63,203 nucleotides of DNA, filler included, from Pelomyxa schiedti (GCA_020536535.1; 12 parts of 12 records of this genome joined end to end with filler, not necessarily neighbours in it); one strand, 5' to 3'. Counted from the whole stretch's first letter, positions 1-12,740 are shown. Notes: generated from the letters alone by a model not told the origin. Made by a program: numbers and translations.

Positions 1-1544
1 GTTGTTTGCACGAGCCGAGCTGCTGCTGAGGTTATATCTCGCCGCGGACTTTGCAGATTACAGAGTCTCAAGTATTCCATTCACCTTACTTTACCTCCAC
101 GCCTAATATTGATTTGCAGAGGATGGTATTGGGAAGTATTTCGCGACGATCATTTTCGCGGATCCTGCTGTGGATAAAAAAATCAACGGAACCCCATTAT
201 TCTCTTTACAAAGCGAAGGCGTTTCTTTTATTATGCCAAGGTGTAGTGGTGTTTGGTGCTGGAAACGAAAGTTTCTGGGCGAACGAACATTCTGGGTCAC
301 ACTTTAGTGGAAACGGTGAAAGGGGGTTATGTGGTGTAAAGGGATTTCTTGATGGGGTAATTGCGAAGTGTTGGTTATATGGTGGTGATGCGATTTTCAT
401 GGAGGTTCAACGCTCCGGTAATTGCAGACTTCGAGGCAGGTACTGAAACGTCCAGTTGCATGTGTGATAAAGTCAAAAAGTCATCTCTACAAGATACAAA
501 GAAGATAATGAGTTGAAAATGCCATCTTTTCATTGAGAAGATTGAAGCCAGAAACAGTCCATTCTTGCCCTAAATGCAACACAACATGTCAATGGATCTT
601 CTTTAATAAAAAATGGATGATAGAAAGTGCACGTCGGCCCATTCTTCGTCGTAGACCTGATGAGACAGGACAGAGTGAGCAATCAGAGGAGCAGGTACCT
701 TTCTCTCCTTTACCCCATTCCAAGCAAACAAGGACACTTCATTACGCCACATCGAAGGAAAGAAGAGGGACCAAGATATCGCGGAGGCTTGTCGTTTTGC
801 TTCGTGATACGACGCGGCAAACCAGTGCTTGCTGTGATGTCACCAAATTTTTTCATTTCTCCAAACACCTTAATGCAAACTGTAAGCTGAGATCGGAACT
901 TCGATGGGTACCTGTGGAGACACGCCGAGACCATTGACATTCTCATATCAATTTCGTATTTGACAAGTGCGGACAGTGTTTCGGTTGGAATATAGGCACA
1001 AAAAACAAGAAATCAAGTATGGATTCAACAGCCAGAGGATTGGCGCCATAGCGTTACAGCTGGGGATCGACAGCATCAGGTGTACATCGACGGCGAGATC
1101 AGGTCACCCGTCGTTGTTCTTCCACGTCGTCAAGGTGTCGTGTCACCTTGGAGGAAATTCGTTGTGACCAGGCCTCAAACAGATCGATCTGGAGAACCCA
1201 ATGCCGTGAGCAATGACCGTTGTACAAGGGACACGCGGCACCCATCCTCTACGCGGTATGCTGAGGGAAATGTGGGGGGAGTGTGCTGTGTTTGTTTCTT
1301 CTGCGACTACTGCGATAGGAGATCAATGTCAGAGTCCAGAACGCCAAGATCGAACGGTTGCCTCCTCTGAATCATTTGATTCGGCGAATCTGGATATCGC
1401 GGGCTGTGGACTGGCTACTTTTTCTAGACGAAGCGATGACGTCTTTGTGGGTGTTGGAGGAAAAAAGAAAAAAAAGCCAACAAAAGAGCGGTTTGGTGAA
1501 TGGTTGGTTCCGTGGCGTTTGGTTTGGTATTTGTGGTGTTGGCA

Positions 1545-1644
1545 NNNNNNNNNNNNNNNNNNNNNNNNNNNNNNNNNNNNNNNNNNNNTTAATTAATTAA
1601 NNNNNNNNNNNNNNNNNNNNNNNNNNNNNNNNNNNNNNNNNNNN
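1545..1644. other. Artificial contig linker N44-TTAATTAATTAA-N44 (also at 5218, 7260, 11444, 22840, 27112, 29924, 53823, 55301, 60589, 62049)
   Basis: Identical 100-nt blocks carrying a six-frame stop cassette. Sequences on either side are not adjacent in the genome. Confidence 0.98.
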
Positions 1645-2049
1645 ACTGAACTTGTTGTTTTCTTGTGATTAATTAGTATAACGTTGTTTGTAATTCATAT
1701 GGTACAATACAGCATAGAGAGCACCTGACAATTCGTGGTTTCATTTATATTGATTCCATAGAATCTGAGGAGCCATTATTTCTGTTTCTCAACTTGTCCC
1801 TGTGATGCAGCTGAAATTTGCGGTGAGCAGTTTTTAGTTTACCAACTCAAACAGCGTGTCCAGAGTTCGAGTGCAATTATCGTACGTTTGCTGGAGTGTG
1901 GTGTCGAAAGCAAAACAGTGATCAGATAAAATATATATATATATATATATATATAAAAGGACTGATGTTGCTACAAGCCATAGTACCGGAGTACAGCAAG
2001 GAAAAATTGAGAGGTTCGGCTGCCGGGTTTTTTTTTTTGTTTTTTACGT

Positions 2050-2380
2050 CTACGCAGAGGTGTTTGTGGCACTGAAGCACGTCTCTCGTGTGACGGTGTG
2101 CGTTTCGCTGAATGGCGTCGATGTGCTCGCCAGAGGAGTTCTTGGTGCCGTTGCTTTCCTGCCCATCGTACGTTGGTTTGTTTTTGTTTGTTTTCGTACT
2201 GTGCCTCATCATCAATCTGACTTCGCGGCACAGGTACCATTCTTCGACTGTGCACACCTACCTTGAGCGTCCCCCGTACGTCTGCTTTGACATCGACCAC
2301 TGTGACGTGATGGACTCGATCCAGAGCCACACTGGAGTAAGTCTCCTCAACTTCCTGGGGGGGGGGACTAATCAACTACC
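2050..2380 (+). CDS. Spliced coding fragment, possibly SMP (lipid-transfer) domain-like
   Basis: AG/GT-bounded exons read VFVALKHVSRVTVCVSLNG..AFLPIVR and YLERPPYVCFDIDHCDVMDSI. Resemblance to the SMP C-terminal ExPxxDF motif is weak. Confidence 0.25.
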
Positions 2381-2716
2381 TACAGGAACTTCGTGTCGTA
2401 TTGGAGTTGCCACTTGTAAGAGTGGTGGTCTAGGAGAGGGACGTTGTGGAACTATTCAGAATAGTGTTGCTGTTCTCATATGTTTGTGTTTGCTGAGATA
2501 ACAACTTTGTCTTAACTATTTACAATACAGAGGGGTTAATAAGGTGGGTCGGTTGGCTGGGGTCTGTTAGCTTGAACTCGCTGGTTCCCGTGAATGGCCA
2601 TAATTAGTTGGCCAACTTGGCGCCCACCCAAGGACACCAAGATTCCCTTAATCCTTCGCCCATCACTCCTCACACACTTCCAAGGCTCCTCGCTGTTGCA
2701 CAACAAAAGAGGAATC

Positions 2717-2918
2717 TGTAGTAGTTGACGGTCTTCTAAGGAATAAAGTGGGATAACTTTGGGTATCTATTATTCTTCATTTACTCTGGTTATCGTTTGC
2801 GTTGCAGGTGCTAACTGACGTCACGGCTATCGTGCTATTCTGGATGTTGGATCTCTTGACTCTTGAGCCAGGTTGGGTCCTCAGTCTAGAGTCCAGTCGT
2901 AGTGGGTGTGCCCACACA
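2717..2918 (-). repeat. 3' LTR (202 bp, TGT...ACA) preceded by PPT AAGAGGGGGAA (2919-2929)
   Basis: Homology to 56334-56537 ends exactly at ...TACTACA. The purine tract abuts the TG start. Confidence 0.9.
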
Positions 2919-5217
2919 TTCCCCCTCTTAGAGCTACCAGCCGTAGCCGCTGATGATTCCCTCAGTGTCTCCCATTCAATCGCTCTTCCCACCTCTGATC
3001 CCTGAACTTCTTAATCAGTGGGGTGCAGCCTGCACAGTCGTCCTCATACTGCCACGTGTTGTACTTTTCGTCCTGACCTTTCCACTTTATTAGGTATTGC
3101 TTCCCATCGCTCTTCCATCTCTCCCACCACAACCTCAACTTCAGGCTTTATTTTTTTTTTTTGCTTGGCTTCCCTCGGTATCTGTGCCTGCTCTGGCCTC
3201 TTTTGTGCTTGTGTGTTGGGTGTTATTTGTTGGTGGGGCCTCCTTTACAAGGTCCCTGCTGTCCCTTTGCCCCTTCTCCCCCCTCCTAGGATTGGGGCTG
3301 TGTTCCCGAGGTGCTTGCAGAGTTGCCCAAGGTTTACAAGCTTGTGTGACACTTCCCCTTCCAAGGATTCCAGTCTCGCAGCTCCCTTTACTGGGGTGTC
3401 TGTGATGCGGTATGGTCCCTTCCACTTATCTGCCAGTTTCCCTAGTTCCCGGTCCTTGTTTCCCCCATTCCGAAGCACATACACAAGGTCACCCACGTGG
3501 TACTTCTCCAGTGCCTCAATGTGCGGTTTGCGGCTGGAGTCCCATGTCTGCTTCGTCAACTCTGTTGTCCGTTGGGCCAATTTCCAGGCCTCGCGCACCC
3601 TCCTTGTCAGTTTTCCACGTGCCCGTGGGCCTCTCCAGCCCCGCCATGGTCGAGCAACGCACCTGCGTCCTGGCATCCCGTCCATGTTCCAAATAGAAGG
3701 GGAAGAACCCCGTCGTTCGACTGATCGCCGTTCGGTGCGCGAACGCCAGCATCGGTAGTAGCTCATCCCAATCGTCCTTATCCTCGTTTGCGTAGATGCG
3801 GAGCATCTCCACGAGTGTGTGGTTGTACCGCTCGGTCTTACCGTGGTAAGGCGTTGTCATCCTCTGCTCGATCCGCAGCATTTTGCATAGCCCAGTCATG
3901 ATCTTATTGGTGAAGTGGGTGCCTCGATCGCTAATCATCACCCTCCTTTCCGGCACACCCAGCTGTGCACCAGAGCCCACAGCGGACTCCGCATCTGGGT
4001 GTCTGGTGGCCTTGAGCTCAACATCCCTGGTGAGGTGGTCGATCATCACGAGAATATAAGAGTTCCCTCGCCTGGTGGCCCTAAGGGGCCCCACAAAGTC
4101 CAAACTCATGGTGTCCCCAGGTTGGTTGGGGACTGGTAGTGGATATCCTAGTGCCGAGTCCTTCCTTGCTGGTACTTTCGCGACTGTGCACTGGTGACCT
4201 CCCTGGCAGAAGCCCTCTATGTCCGCCCTCATTCGTGGCTACCAAAAGTGGTGCCGTATCCTGTGTATGGTGCTGACATGTGTCCTGCGAAAATGCTGTT
4301 GTGTTGTCAACCATGATTTGTTGGCGTAGTTCTTTGGGCACCACCACAGCCTTTGTTGCCCTAGTCTTCAAGGGATCTGCCTGCACCCGGTGTAAGACGC
4401 CGCTCTCTGTGACGAAATCGTGGCGATTGAGCCCGGTCCTCAGCCTCTCAGGTAGGCTCTTGCCCCCTATCCATGCCGACAGCGCCTGGCAGTCCTTGTC
4501 CTTAGCTTGGGCCTCCCTCCACCATACGAGCCTATCCTCCAAGGCCACTATCATGAGCCCTCTCGGGAATTCTGCTGAGCGCATCGACGTTCCCCGACTT
4601 CTTTCCAGGCCTGAATTCCACTATTGCCCCATAGTCGTCTAGTAGCATCTGCCAGCGTGCAACTTTCCTGTGGGTTGCTCCTGGTCTTGCATCCATGTTA
4701 ATGCCTTGTGGTCTGTTTTGACGGTGCACCCTATCCCGTGGATGTAGCTCTTGAATTTCTTAAGAGCCCATACCACTGCTGCTGCCTCCAGTTCCCAAAT
4801 AGGGTAGTTCTTCTCCCTTGGGTCAGTGACTCTGCTGGCAAGTTCAATAATGTGTTCTACGCCTTCATTGTCCTGCTGGACCAAGGCTGCTCCCATCCCC
4901 ATCTGGCAGGCGTCCGTGTGTATCTCCAGCCTGAACTCTGATTTGTAGTCAGGGTACTCCAGAAGTAGCTTTCCCGCAATGAGTTCCTTTCTGCGCCTAA
5001 AGGCACTCTCCTTTTGGGCATCCCATTGCCACATGGCTCCCCGCACTCCCAGTCCCCGTAGTGGTGCCGCCTCTATGGTGAAATTGCGGATGAATGGGCT
5101 GTAGTAGTTTGCAATATTGGGGAAAGTTTCGAGGTCTCCCTTCCACCCTTTGGGGCTCGGCCACTCGGTTAGGAGCTTTATCCTCCCTGGCTCCATTTGG
5201 ATTCCCTTCTCCGACAC
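2717..5217 (-). mobile_element. Ty3/gypsy chromovirus, degenerate copy (RT end-RNaseH-integrase-chromodomain-PPT-3'LTR)
   Basis: Closely similar to 56334-59879 but with frameshifts and small deletions. Motifs EIHTDACQMGMGAAL, ELEAAAVVWAL, SLDFVGPL, ISDRGTHF and KWKGPY. Cut by the contig end at 5217. Confidence 0.95.
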
Positions 5218-6192
5218 NNNNNNNNNNNNNNNNNNNNNNNNNNNNNNNNNNNNNNNNNNNNTTAATTAATTAANNNNNNNNNNNNNNNNNNNNNNNNNNN
5301 NNNNNNNNNNNNNNNNNTTGTGAACAACTCTTCCACCCAGTGCTGCTGTCTGGAGACAACCCAAGTTAGGTGCCAGGTGGGATGTTTTGGATTTTTGTGT
5401 GAAATTACGCTGTTGGGCAGAGAGATAGCGGAAAAAATTCGCAAAAACTTTGTATTGTTGTTGTTGCTTTTTTGAGCCAAATAAAGGTCAAGAGTCATTG
5501 AGACATTGTTTGAATGCCAAATAAGTGGTCTTATATCAGAACGATGCAATGTTCATTGAAACCTTTAGTTGGGCTTGGTAGGCGATTTCTAGCGGGTGAA
5601 ACTGGCTTAAAAATGGTGGGTTTTTTTTTGAGTAATACTTATGGGCCATCAGCGTTCATTCGATTCGGTTTTGTTGCGAAAATCCGTCATCGTGAAACAG
5701 TAGAAAAGATCCGTTTGTTACCGTGCATTGGAAACCATGGTGCCAACGGCAGCAACTCTATGGGTATAGGGTGGAAAAGTGCGCTTGACCTTGTGGGGAG
5801 ATGAGTGCGTGGAGTGGAGGAGTTATTGGATGCTTTGCCAGCCCTCCTGGTTCCTGTCTACTCCACAATGTCCACCACACCACCTGGTGAAAAAGTGTGA
5901 GAACTCAAAAAAGAAAAACGGAGAAGGAAAATGCAGTTCCGGCTTGGTTTGTTGATGTATGACTGAGTTACTGCATGAATGGCCCGAGGTGGGGTGAGGC
6001 AGACTTGAACCACGAATTTAAACATACTGCTGAGTCAGTCTCTTCCTGTCTACTGTTATAATAAAACAAGTAAACAAAACAAATGAAACGGAACATAACA
6101 AAACAAAACAAAAAAAATAATTAAATAAGACCTTAATACATACAATTTTGGTCAGATCGACAGGCACTTGGACAAGAGGACAAAACTTGTTA

Positions 6193-7259
6193 TTAGACCA
6201 AGGCTCCTAGCACCCTTAAAGATAGAGCAAGTATCTGTGAGCTGCAGTCAGCATCTATAGCCATCATAATCTGTTGTGAGAAGTTAGTAGGAATGCTGAG
6301 CCTTTTCTTGCTTGGAGAACTTACATTGTGCTTCCTGGGTGCATGTGTTTCTCGTATCATGACCAGCAGGAAAGCCATTGGACACTGCATAGGCAAACCC
6401 GAAATGGATGCGGAACCTTGGTCATAGAGGTGATTGGTTGTGAAGAAGGTGACCAAGACAGGGGAGCCAAAAAGAACAGTGCCGCGAAAATTGAAGCCAA
6501 ATTACGCAGATGAGAGTGGATATGTGAAGCAGTGTTGGAGAGTAGGAAGTCCAATCTGAGTGTGTCCTCTGTAGAGTCAACTAAATCTTGTAGTTGTTTC
6601 AAGTGGCTACAAAAGGGCACTCATTTTACTGCGGGGTTTCCATATTCCAAGAAAATATTGCCGATAAATACTGAAACCCCGCTGCTTCAGTTGTGCAATT
6701 TCCGCCTCCATTTCGGCTGCATGAGAGGTTTGTTTTACAATTTTATCTCCTAGAAAAGCTCTGACCTCTTTCTGATGATCCAATTCAGTGGTGAGGAGAT
6801 TCAATCTTTTCTTCCATTCTTGCTCACCAGCTTGGTGTTCAGTACTCTATTTGGTAACTTCAGGTTGTCGCATTGGGTTTGCAGTCTATGTTTCCAGATT
6901 CAAGTGCTTGCATTTCCAGAACGTTATTGTCAAGGGACTTGTTCTTTCATCTTCTCCTGAAGCACAGTGATTGGATTTACAACCGGCGATCTGGCTTTCC
7001 AGGGAGCGAATTCATCTCCAGTTCACTTTTTGGGTGACATAGGAGCCAAATTTCTTTGTGGTCTCTTGCAAGGGAATCTCTAGGTTTTCTATGTAAAGAG
7101 GGACCTCTTTCTCTTCTGGGTACTTGTCAGTTGACCACAGTGGTTGTTATACAATTATTATCGTGATTTAGAGCTATACTTTCAACCAATTCACTCTTGT
7201 CAATCTAGGTGGCTCCTCTTTTGTTCTGTCAGTCTTTTGTACTCCTTACTTGAGCCATT
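6193..7259 (-). pseudogene. Degenerate coiled-coil coding remnant, unknown product
   Basis: Short ORFs with heptad-like sequence (LTTELDHQKEVRAFL, AEMEAEIAQLKQ) interrupted by stops. Confidence 0.25.
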
Positions 7260-7472
7260 NNNNNNNNNNNNNNNNNNNNNNNNNNNNNNNNNNNNNNNNN
7301 NNNTTAATTAATTAANNNNNNNNNNNNNNNNNNNNNNNNNNNNNNNNNNNNNNNNNNNNCTGGGCGGCTTTTTTTACAGGAAAGTGATAGGGAAAAAAAC
7401 AGCCGCCCGGTGGCTGTTTTAATAAGGAAAAAAAATAAAACAGCCACCCGGGCGGCTGTTTTACCAATGGGG

Positions 7473-7689
7473 AAAAGCCAGATCAAAATAAATAGACAGT
7501 TTTGTTACCAGTTTATCTCACTACACACATCACCTACACACTGGCACTTCACCAGTTGTGTTTTCTTCATGCTCTTGGATTAACCAAGGGCTCTGTTGCT
7601 GTTCTGGTTTGATTTGGCCAGTGTGTAGGTGATGTGTGTAGTGAGATAAACTGGTAACAAAACTGTCTATTTATTTTGATCTGGCTTTT
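7473..7689. repeat. Perfect 73-bp inverted repeat (7473-7545 / 7617-7689) with 71-nt loop
   Basis: Arms are exact reverse complements (aaaagccagatcaaaataaatag...cacactggc). Confidence 0.95.
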
Positions 7690-7905
7690 TCCAGCCGCCT
7701 GCTGCGCCTAGCCCCACGTCATGCAGTAACGTCCACCCCCGCCTTGGCTTCGCGGATGCCCCTCGCCCCCGGCTTGCGCCTCCGCTGCGCTTTGGTGCCC
7801 TTTGGGCTTTCCCCTCTGTGGGCTTGCAACCCGCGACACTTTCGGTTTTTGGCCGCCAAGCCCCTGGCTTTTTCCAGCCGCCTGCTGCGCCTAGCCCCAC
7901 GTCAT

Positions 7906-9273
7906 CATATCTGGGTCAAAGGGGGCGGCTGGGCGGCTTTTTTTACAGGAAAGTGATAGGGAAAAAAACAGCCGCCCGGTGGCTGTTTTAATAAGGAAAA
8001 AAAATAAAACAGCCACCCGGGCGGCTGTTTTACCAATGGGGAAAAGCCATGTTTTTTCACTGTTTTTAACAGGTTTGAGTCTGCAAATTGTAGACAAGGT
8101 GGACAGTTGGTATTTCTAAGGGGAAAATTTTTTTTGTTTTGTGAAGAACATATGTGGACCCTTGTGAAAAAACAGCTGCCACCTCACACCAAACAAGTGC
8201 AAGGTAAATTTTTGTTTTGTTACAGTGCATTATCCTTGTGCAACCTTTCCTTTCTCTTTGATTACTTATCTCCAATTAGTTGTTTGTGTTTTTGGTTTGT
8301 TGGTGCAGGAGATGGGGGGTGAGTGGAGGGGAGGGAGGAGAAGAAAGGTTGGTCTGAGCATCTTGGATGACATTAATGTTGGGAGAGTTTGTGTGCTAGT
8401 TCAGTGTGGGTTCTGTTTCTTGTTTCTTGTTTCTTGTTGTGTGTTGTGTGTTGTGTGTTGTGTTGTGTGTTGTGTGTTGTGTGTTGTGTGTTGTGTGTTG
8501 TGTGTTGTGTGTTCTTCAGTGTGTTTGTGTCAGTGTTGGGCAAGTTATTCTGAGGGTGTTGGTGTGGGTTTGTGTTGGCCTCAGTGCAGGCAAGGCGTTG
8601 GTGTTGGTGGTGTTGGCGTAGGTGTAGGCGGTGTAGGCGTCGTCGGTGTCGTTGGTGGTGTTGGTGGTGTCGGTGGCGTCTTCGGCGTCAGTGTCGTAGG
8701 TGCAGGTCTATTACGTGGAGTCCGGTCAGCCCTGGTGGTGAGGGGCTGGCGTCGTTGTAGGCCTCAGTGGCACAACTGATGGCATGGGCGCCGGCGCTGT
8801 TGGGTAAACCTTCACCCCTTCACTCGGTATGTTCCCAACACCGCCGCTTGACGCCTACACATACGTGGGTGCCGACACCCACAGCTACACCAACAACCTT
8901 TCCTGATCGTTTTCGAAAAAACGGAGACTGGACAAATCTGTTGCTGTAGACTGAGGCAGAGTACTGTTGTTGTTGCCGCCCCTTTTTACTTCCCCCTATT
9001 GTTGTACTACACTGTTGTTTGGTTTCCCGTGACTTTCCAGCCAGAACAAACACCCTTCGATTAATCACGCTCCTGTGCTGTTTTGATAGTCTAGCCCACA
9101 AGGGGACACATTTTCCTTTCGTGCCCACCACTTCCTGAAGTACTTCAGACAGCCACCCCTTGGGGCGGCTGTTTTGCACATGGTTTTGATAGGACAGCTG
9201 CCCAAAAAAAGGGGTGGCTGTTTTTACAGGAATTTGACAGGCCAAAAAACAGCCGCCCTTTGATCCAGATATG
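7906..9273. mobile_element. Putative non-autonomous TIR DNA transposon (about 1.37 kb) with subterminal CAGCCRCCC repeats
   Basis: TIRs catatctgggtcaaagggggcggctg (7906-7931) and cagccgccctttgatccagatatg (9250-9273). Palindromically paired aaaCAGCC(G/A)CCC motifs lie near both ends. No transposase inside. Confidence 0.6.
8437..8512 (+). repeat. (TGTGTTG)n microsatellite
   Basis: Tandem 7-mer; the same unit occurs at 27030-27111. Confidence 0.9.
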
Positions 9274-9699
9274 CCATGCAGTAATGTCCACATTTCAAAA
9301 TTTTGAGGGGTTCTGAAGAAAACAACCAAACACCACCATCCAATGCCACTGTGCGAAGGAACAGATGGAATGTGGGGCTCTGTGTGAAAAGGCAACTCTG
9401 TGTACAGAAATTGTTACCTTCTCAAAAAAACACTAATAAAAACCCAGTACCTTGTTTGTTATGTTTTTGGAGCCAAATAAGGTCAAGAGTCATTGAGACA
9501 TTGTTAGAAAGCCAAGAGAGGTCTTACATCACTCCAATGCAATGTAGTTGAAACCCATTTGGGGGGAGCCCAGTTTGGAATATCAGCTTTTATCTTAAGA
9601 ACCTCCTTTTTTTTTTCCCCACCAGAATTATGGGATGTGAATTGGTACTGGAAAGCTGGCAATGTGGGTACTCTAGAGAACTTGGGCAAAGATGGTGGA

Positions 9700-11290
9700 C
9701 AGGGATACAAAGAACTATATTTGTTGTGTATTTGCTTTTCACATTTCTGAACCCGAGGTGGAAATCAAATACTCTTGGGTAATCAGGGTTAAGAGTTCCT
9801 TAGCTAAGGAGTTACCTGCTTGAAGAAGAGCCCTGCATGACCAGCATGTGACATAGAAATCAGAGACTATCCAGCAGGAAGAATGGCAGAGATGATGACT
9901 AAGGTTTGCTGTAAAATGTAGAGTTAGTACTGCATTAACGACATGGGGTATTGTAAATATACCGAACATATTACAGATTCAACAAGGAATACTGTTTCAC
10001 TAAAACCATCTCCTGAGTGGGGCACAAAAAGAGAAAGCCACTGCATGCACAAGTATTTTCATATTTAGGGAAATGTGAAAATGCCAGCAAGATAGCTGCA
10101 ATACATCAAGACAAGAAGATACACAGCTTTGCATAAGTTCACCAAGTAGAGGAAATTACAAAGCGTTTTCAAATTGGGCCTTGCTGGAGTTAGAAGCAAA
10201 CTATGAGGAAGTAAAATAGACCTGCAGTTGCCAAGCATCTTCAGCTCAGCAATCAGAGCAATCCAGAACTTCTGCTAGGACAGCCATAAGCAAAGAATAC
10301 TGAGAGGTGGGGCCAGGCATCATTTCCAATTATCTGTACACACTCTCAACCCTGCAATGCACAAGTTAGACCAATGTATATGTATATGCCTTTCAATTGC
10401 ACATACTGGGGAAAAGCCAAATATACAGCTCAACTAAATACACTGACAAGGCAATGGCAAATGATGGGCATCACAAAGGGATACCCCGAAGTTGAGCTTT
10501 GATATTAATACAAGAGGGAAACACCTAAAAATCAGCTTAGAAGGATACAGTGTACCCTATTCAGCATACTTGCTGTAAGAAGCCAAAGCCCAAAGTAAGA
10601 GAAGCGGCGATAGTGTAATCCCACAGGGAGGCACAGTCCATAGCAAGAAGAGCGAGAGAGAATTTTTCAGGGAGTTTTCAGCATAACAAGCACTTTGTCC
10701 CATGATGCTGGGCCACTGGAGTCCAGAAAACGAATCCGGCATTAAAGGCACCAAGGGAGCTTCAGGTACAGGAACGAGAGGCAAACATAAGGAAAATTGT
10801 GAGTTGGGAAAATAATCACCTTGTTTTCTGTTCCCAAATGCCAAGTTGGCAGGTTCCAAAAGGTGAAGAGAGGGGGGAATTGGGCAAGTGGAAGGAACAG
10901 TGAACCACTAGTAGTACGCACATGGAAGCGTCCCCTTCCTTATCCAAATTTTTCGTTTGGTGGATCTCTGGCGGTTTCGGTAGCCCCCGCCACAAGTCAC
11001 TTCCCCCCTCACTCTTTCTGGTTCAGGCCCACAACCTGGCCTGTTTTTTTTTTTTTTTTTTTGTTAAGGTGAGTAATATTATATTATTATGATCATCATA
11101 TTATTTGCATTGCTGGTGGCCAAAGTAGGCAATGCGCACATATACAATTATTCAAAGTCTGCAGAAGAGTAAACCTTACCAAAAAGAAAGGAAACAGCCA
11201 TGGTTTTTCTCTTTGTTGCCAGTTCTTCTCGAATACTGTCTGGGTCTTTTTTCTTCCATCAAGTGCAATTTTTGGTGGATCTATGTACAT
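9700..11290 (-). pseudogene. Probable decayed hAT (ZMYM1/ZNF862-like) transposase
   Basis: In order on the minus strand: RKKTQTVFEKNWQQREKPWL..CAHC (TTF zinc-finger-like), LAMDCASL (TDGAS-like), LCDAHHL (CxxH), YFGFSP, KFWIALIAEL. Many stops and frameshifts. Confidence 0.45.
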
Positions 11291-11644
11291 TTTAGGTTTT
11301 GTATTAAAGAAGGCAAAACCTTAGGAAGGATGATTTCGTAAAATGTGGAGTCAGTGGCTGAGGACTCCCGATGTTTTCGACTCACCGACGTTTCTAATTC
11401 ATTATCGCTTCCGATGTGTCACCGCGTTGCATCCCCTGTCACCNNNNNNNNNNNNNNNNNNNNNNNNNNNNNNNNNNNNNNNNNNNNTTAATTAATTAAN
11501 NNNNNNNNNNNNNNNNNNNNNNNNNNNNNNNNNNNNNNNNNNNAGGCTTTTTTTTTTTTTTTTGTATTTTTCTCCCTTTCATTTTCTATTCAGTAATTTC
11601 ATAAGTTATTCTTTGTTCCGTGTATTCTTATCGTGTTTATACAG

Positions 11645-12740
11645 CCAACCACGCTTCTGGAAATTTCTGGTTCTGTCTGCAATTGACCACCAGCTTGCCA
11701 GCAGACTGTGCTGTGCTCCTTATCTACGAAACGTGCGCTGCCTTGTTGCTGTGACGTCTTCTGCAAAACTGACAGAACTCACTCATCACCTTACAGCACT
11801 GCATGAGATCACATTGATTGGAGTGCCTTTTGATCAGGAAACAGCTGGTGCAATCTCCCGTTGCCCAGCTCTGTCCCACGTTATATTAAACGCAAGTGAC
11901 TGTGGAGATGAAGCATGCATTGCCTTGGCAGCCTGTATCTCCCTCAAGTCTTTTTCATGCGACTCTGAGAAAATTACTGACACCGGAGCTTCGTCCATGT
12001 TGCAAGGAATGCACTCTTTGGAGACTCTCGACTTGCCGCGCTCTGTTGTAGGTGATTTTACACTGAAGAGCATTGCGCGGTCATGCCCACTTCTAAAGCG
12101 TTTGACTTTGACAGTTCAATGCACTTCCGGTGCCATAGCCGAGATGGTCACAAGCTGTCCACAGCTCATTGCCCTGAGCCTAACACACTCCGTTACCCCC
12201 GCCGAATCCCCCAAAGGAATTGACGACGCCGCACTGGCACACATAGGGCGGCACTGCACGTCCCTCAACGTCCTCTCACTCACTCACACATCAATCGGCA
12301 ACACCGGCGCCATGGCCCTGGCCTCATCCCATATGCTACGCAAGCTGGCCTATCTGCAATTGTGCGACTGCCCGGATTTGGACGATGCCTGCGCCGCATT
12401 CCTTGTTTCCAATTGTACTTTTCTCAGAGGACTCGGGCTGCAGAGCACCGCCGTAGGCAATGCAACTGCATTGGCTATAGGTCAGAAATGTTCGAACTTG
12501 GAGACTCTTCTGCTCGGAAATACAAGGGTCAGTGATCCCGGTGTGGAGGCTTTACTGCAAAGAGGGACCTTTAAAAAGCAGGTAAACGTCAAACAAGCAA
12601 ACGCATTCAAACTAATGAGGGAATAGGTATACATTGAACTTCCTTCCTCCCCCACAATATCACCGGCAGTCCTCAACAAATTTAAAGACCCCAAGCTTCT
12701 TGGAGCAATTTGGTGCTGCAAACTACCTCCTAAGCAATAA
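11645..12740 (+). CDS. Leucine-rich-repeat (cysteine-containing, FBXL-type) exons 2-3 of an F-box/LRR protein
   Basis: Repeats such as LKSIARSCPLLKRLTL and IGRHCTSLNVLSL. Acceptor AG at 11643-44, intron 12582-12626, stop 12738-40. No ATG exon on this strand. Confidence 0.85.

Noticed and set aside
1-1544. Short ORFs including CPKC..C at 533-937
   Set aside because: No recognisable family or consistent exon structure.
1589-1600. Recurring TTAATTAATTAA palindrome; ORFs ending '...LIN'
   Set aside because: Artificial concatenation linker.
7360-8049. Regularly spaced palindromic repeats resembling a CRISPR array
   Set aside because: No constant repeat with unique spacers, no cas genes and a eukaryotic context. 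Explained by TE subterminal motifs and a 121-bp assembly overlap.
8225-8779. Cys/Val/Gly-rich 184-aa ORF
   Set aside because: Translation of microsatellite and low-complexity DNA.
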